The translations under genes were made by a program, and so were the position numbers. Below, piece by piece: positions 28,607 to 29,227 of a DNA stretch of 29,227 nucleotides. The first letter of the stretch is position 1; every line of letters begins with the position of its first letter. Origin of the DNA: Gemmatimonadaceae bacterium (GTDB lineage: Bacteria > Gemmatimonadota > Gemmatimonadetes > Gemmatimonadales > Gemmatimonadaceae); the NCBI GenBank assembly GCA_044224875.1, contig JBGAJQ010000045.1, forward strand, positions 14,119 to 43,345. The letters run 5' to 3'. The notes under the pieces are model-generated. The model made no database searches and was not told the DNA's origin. It saw only the letters and a program-made list of their open reading frames with translations.

Positions 28607-29227
28607 TCAGTCGGAAAGCGTTCCTCGAGGCGTGACGCCCAGCTGGTGCGCTAGACTCCGGAGACGTGGACGGAGTTCGGATCGCTCTGGCCGAATACTA
28701 TGCAGGTAGCCATCGACGATTCTCTTCGATTCCACGGCGTCACCGAGTGACAAATACGAGTTTGCGAGCGCGAATGTTGGAAAGTCTTGCCATCCCGCTC
28801 CAGAAAACTTCTCGAGTGCCGCGCGTAGTTCCTCGCGGAGCGCATGCACCGTTTTGATCTGCCTTCTCTCCGAAGCCTGAACGAGTCGGAGTGCGAGAAC
28901 GGCCTGATACCAGCGTGGGTCGACTGACAAGGAGTGTTGACGCAATCGCCTGTACTCGGCCTGTGTTAGGTGAGGCACGTTTCCATTTTCGACGTCCGCC
29001 TCGAGTTGCAGGACGTCCAGCATGATCATCAGGTCGCAAACAACCTCAACCTTCACGCCGACATTTCGGGCGTCGCTGAGATGGTGAAGGGACTTATCGA
29101 TGTTTCCCGTCTGCAGTTCAACCACTGCGAGGAAGAGGTGGTCGTAGAACGCGTAATAGAAGCGGCCCCAGTTGCGTGATCTCTCGAGGGACTCACGAAA
29201 TAGTTCCCGAGCCCTATTCAGATAGCC
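28607..29227 (-). CDS. C-terminal part of a TPR-like alpha-helical protein; 5'-truncated by the window edge
   Basis: I extended the frame by hand and it is open to the window end (GYLNRARELFRESLERSRNWGRFYYAFYDHLFLAVVELQTGNIDKSLHHL...LANSYLSLGDAVESKRIV). It has TPR-like helix pairs. Confidence 0.7.
   Translation of the reverse strand, partial: GYLNRARELFRESLERSRNWGRFYYAFYDHLFLAVVELQTGNIDKSLHHLSDARNVGVKVEVVCDLMIMLDVLQLEADVENGNVPHLTQAEYRRLRQHSLSVDPRWYQAVLALRLVQASERRQIKTVHALREELRAALEKFSGAGWQDFPTFALANSYLSLGDAVESKRIVDGYLHSIRPERSELRPRLRSLAHQLGVTPRGTLSD

Overview
GC-rich bacterial chromosomal segment with no rRNA, tRNA, CRISPR array or mobile-element gene that I can recognise. The gene repertoire suggests Gemmatimonadota, which is an inference. 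The left part (1-20.8 kb) is mostly hydrolases and transport: an ACS-type MFS transporter, two M20 peptidases, a metallophosphoesterase, a broken alpha/beta-hydrolase, tam, two BNR/Asp-box propeller proteins, an S9B peptidase and a beta-lactamase-like serine hydrolase. It also holds a translationally coupled nucleotidyltransferase plus divergent uvrA pair. The right part has argF, a BCP/PrxQ peroxiredoxin, gcvT, mog and a sigma54 activator with a pseudo-receiver domain, followed by a probable signalling locus. The main observations are: (1) an unannotated 19-aa hydrophobic peptide ORF with a perfect Shine-Dalgarno (27035-27094), lying between a conserved-looking hypothetical gene and a multi-TM HD-GYP phosphodiesterase, a candidate peptide-controlled cyclic-dinucleotide signalling system; (2) an in-frame UGA at the peroxidatic site of the peroxiredoxin with SECIS-like hairpins, making it a probable selenoprotein that the ORF track splits; (3) the NTase-wHTH/UvrA-paralog operon; (4) an internal deletion plus frameshift that removes the catalytic Ser of a secreted esterase.
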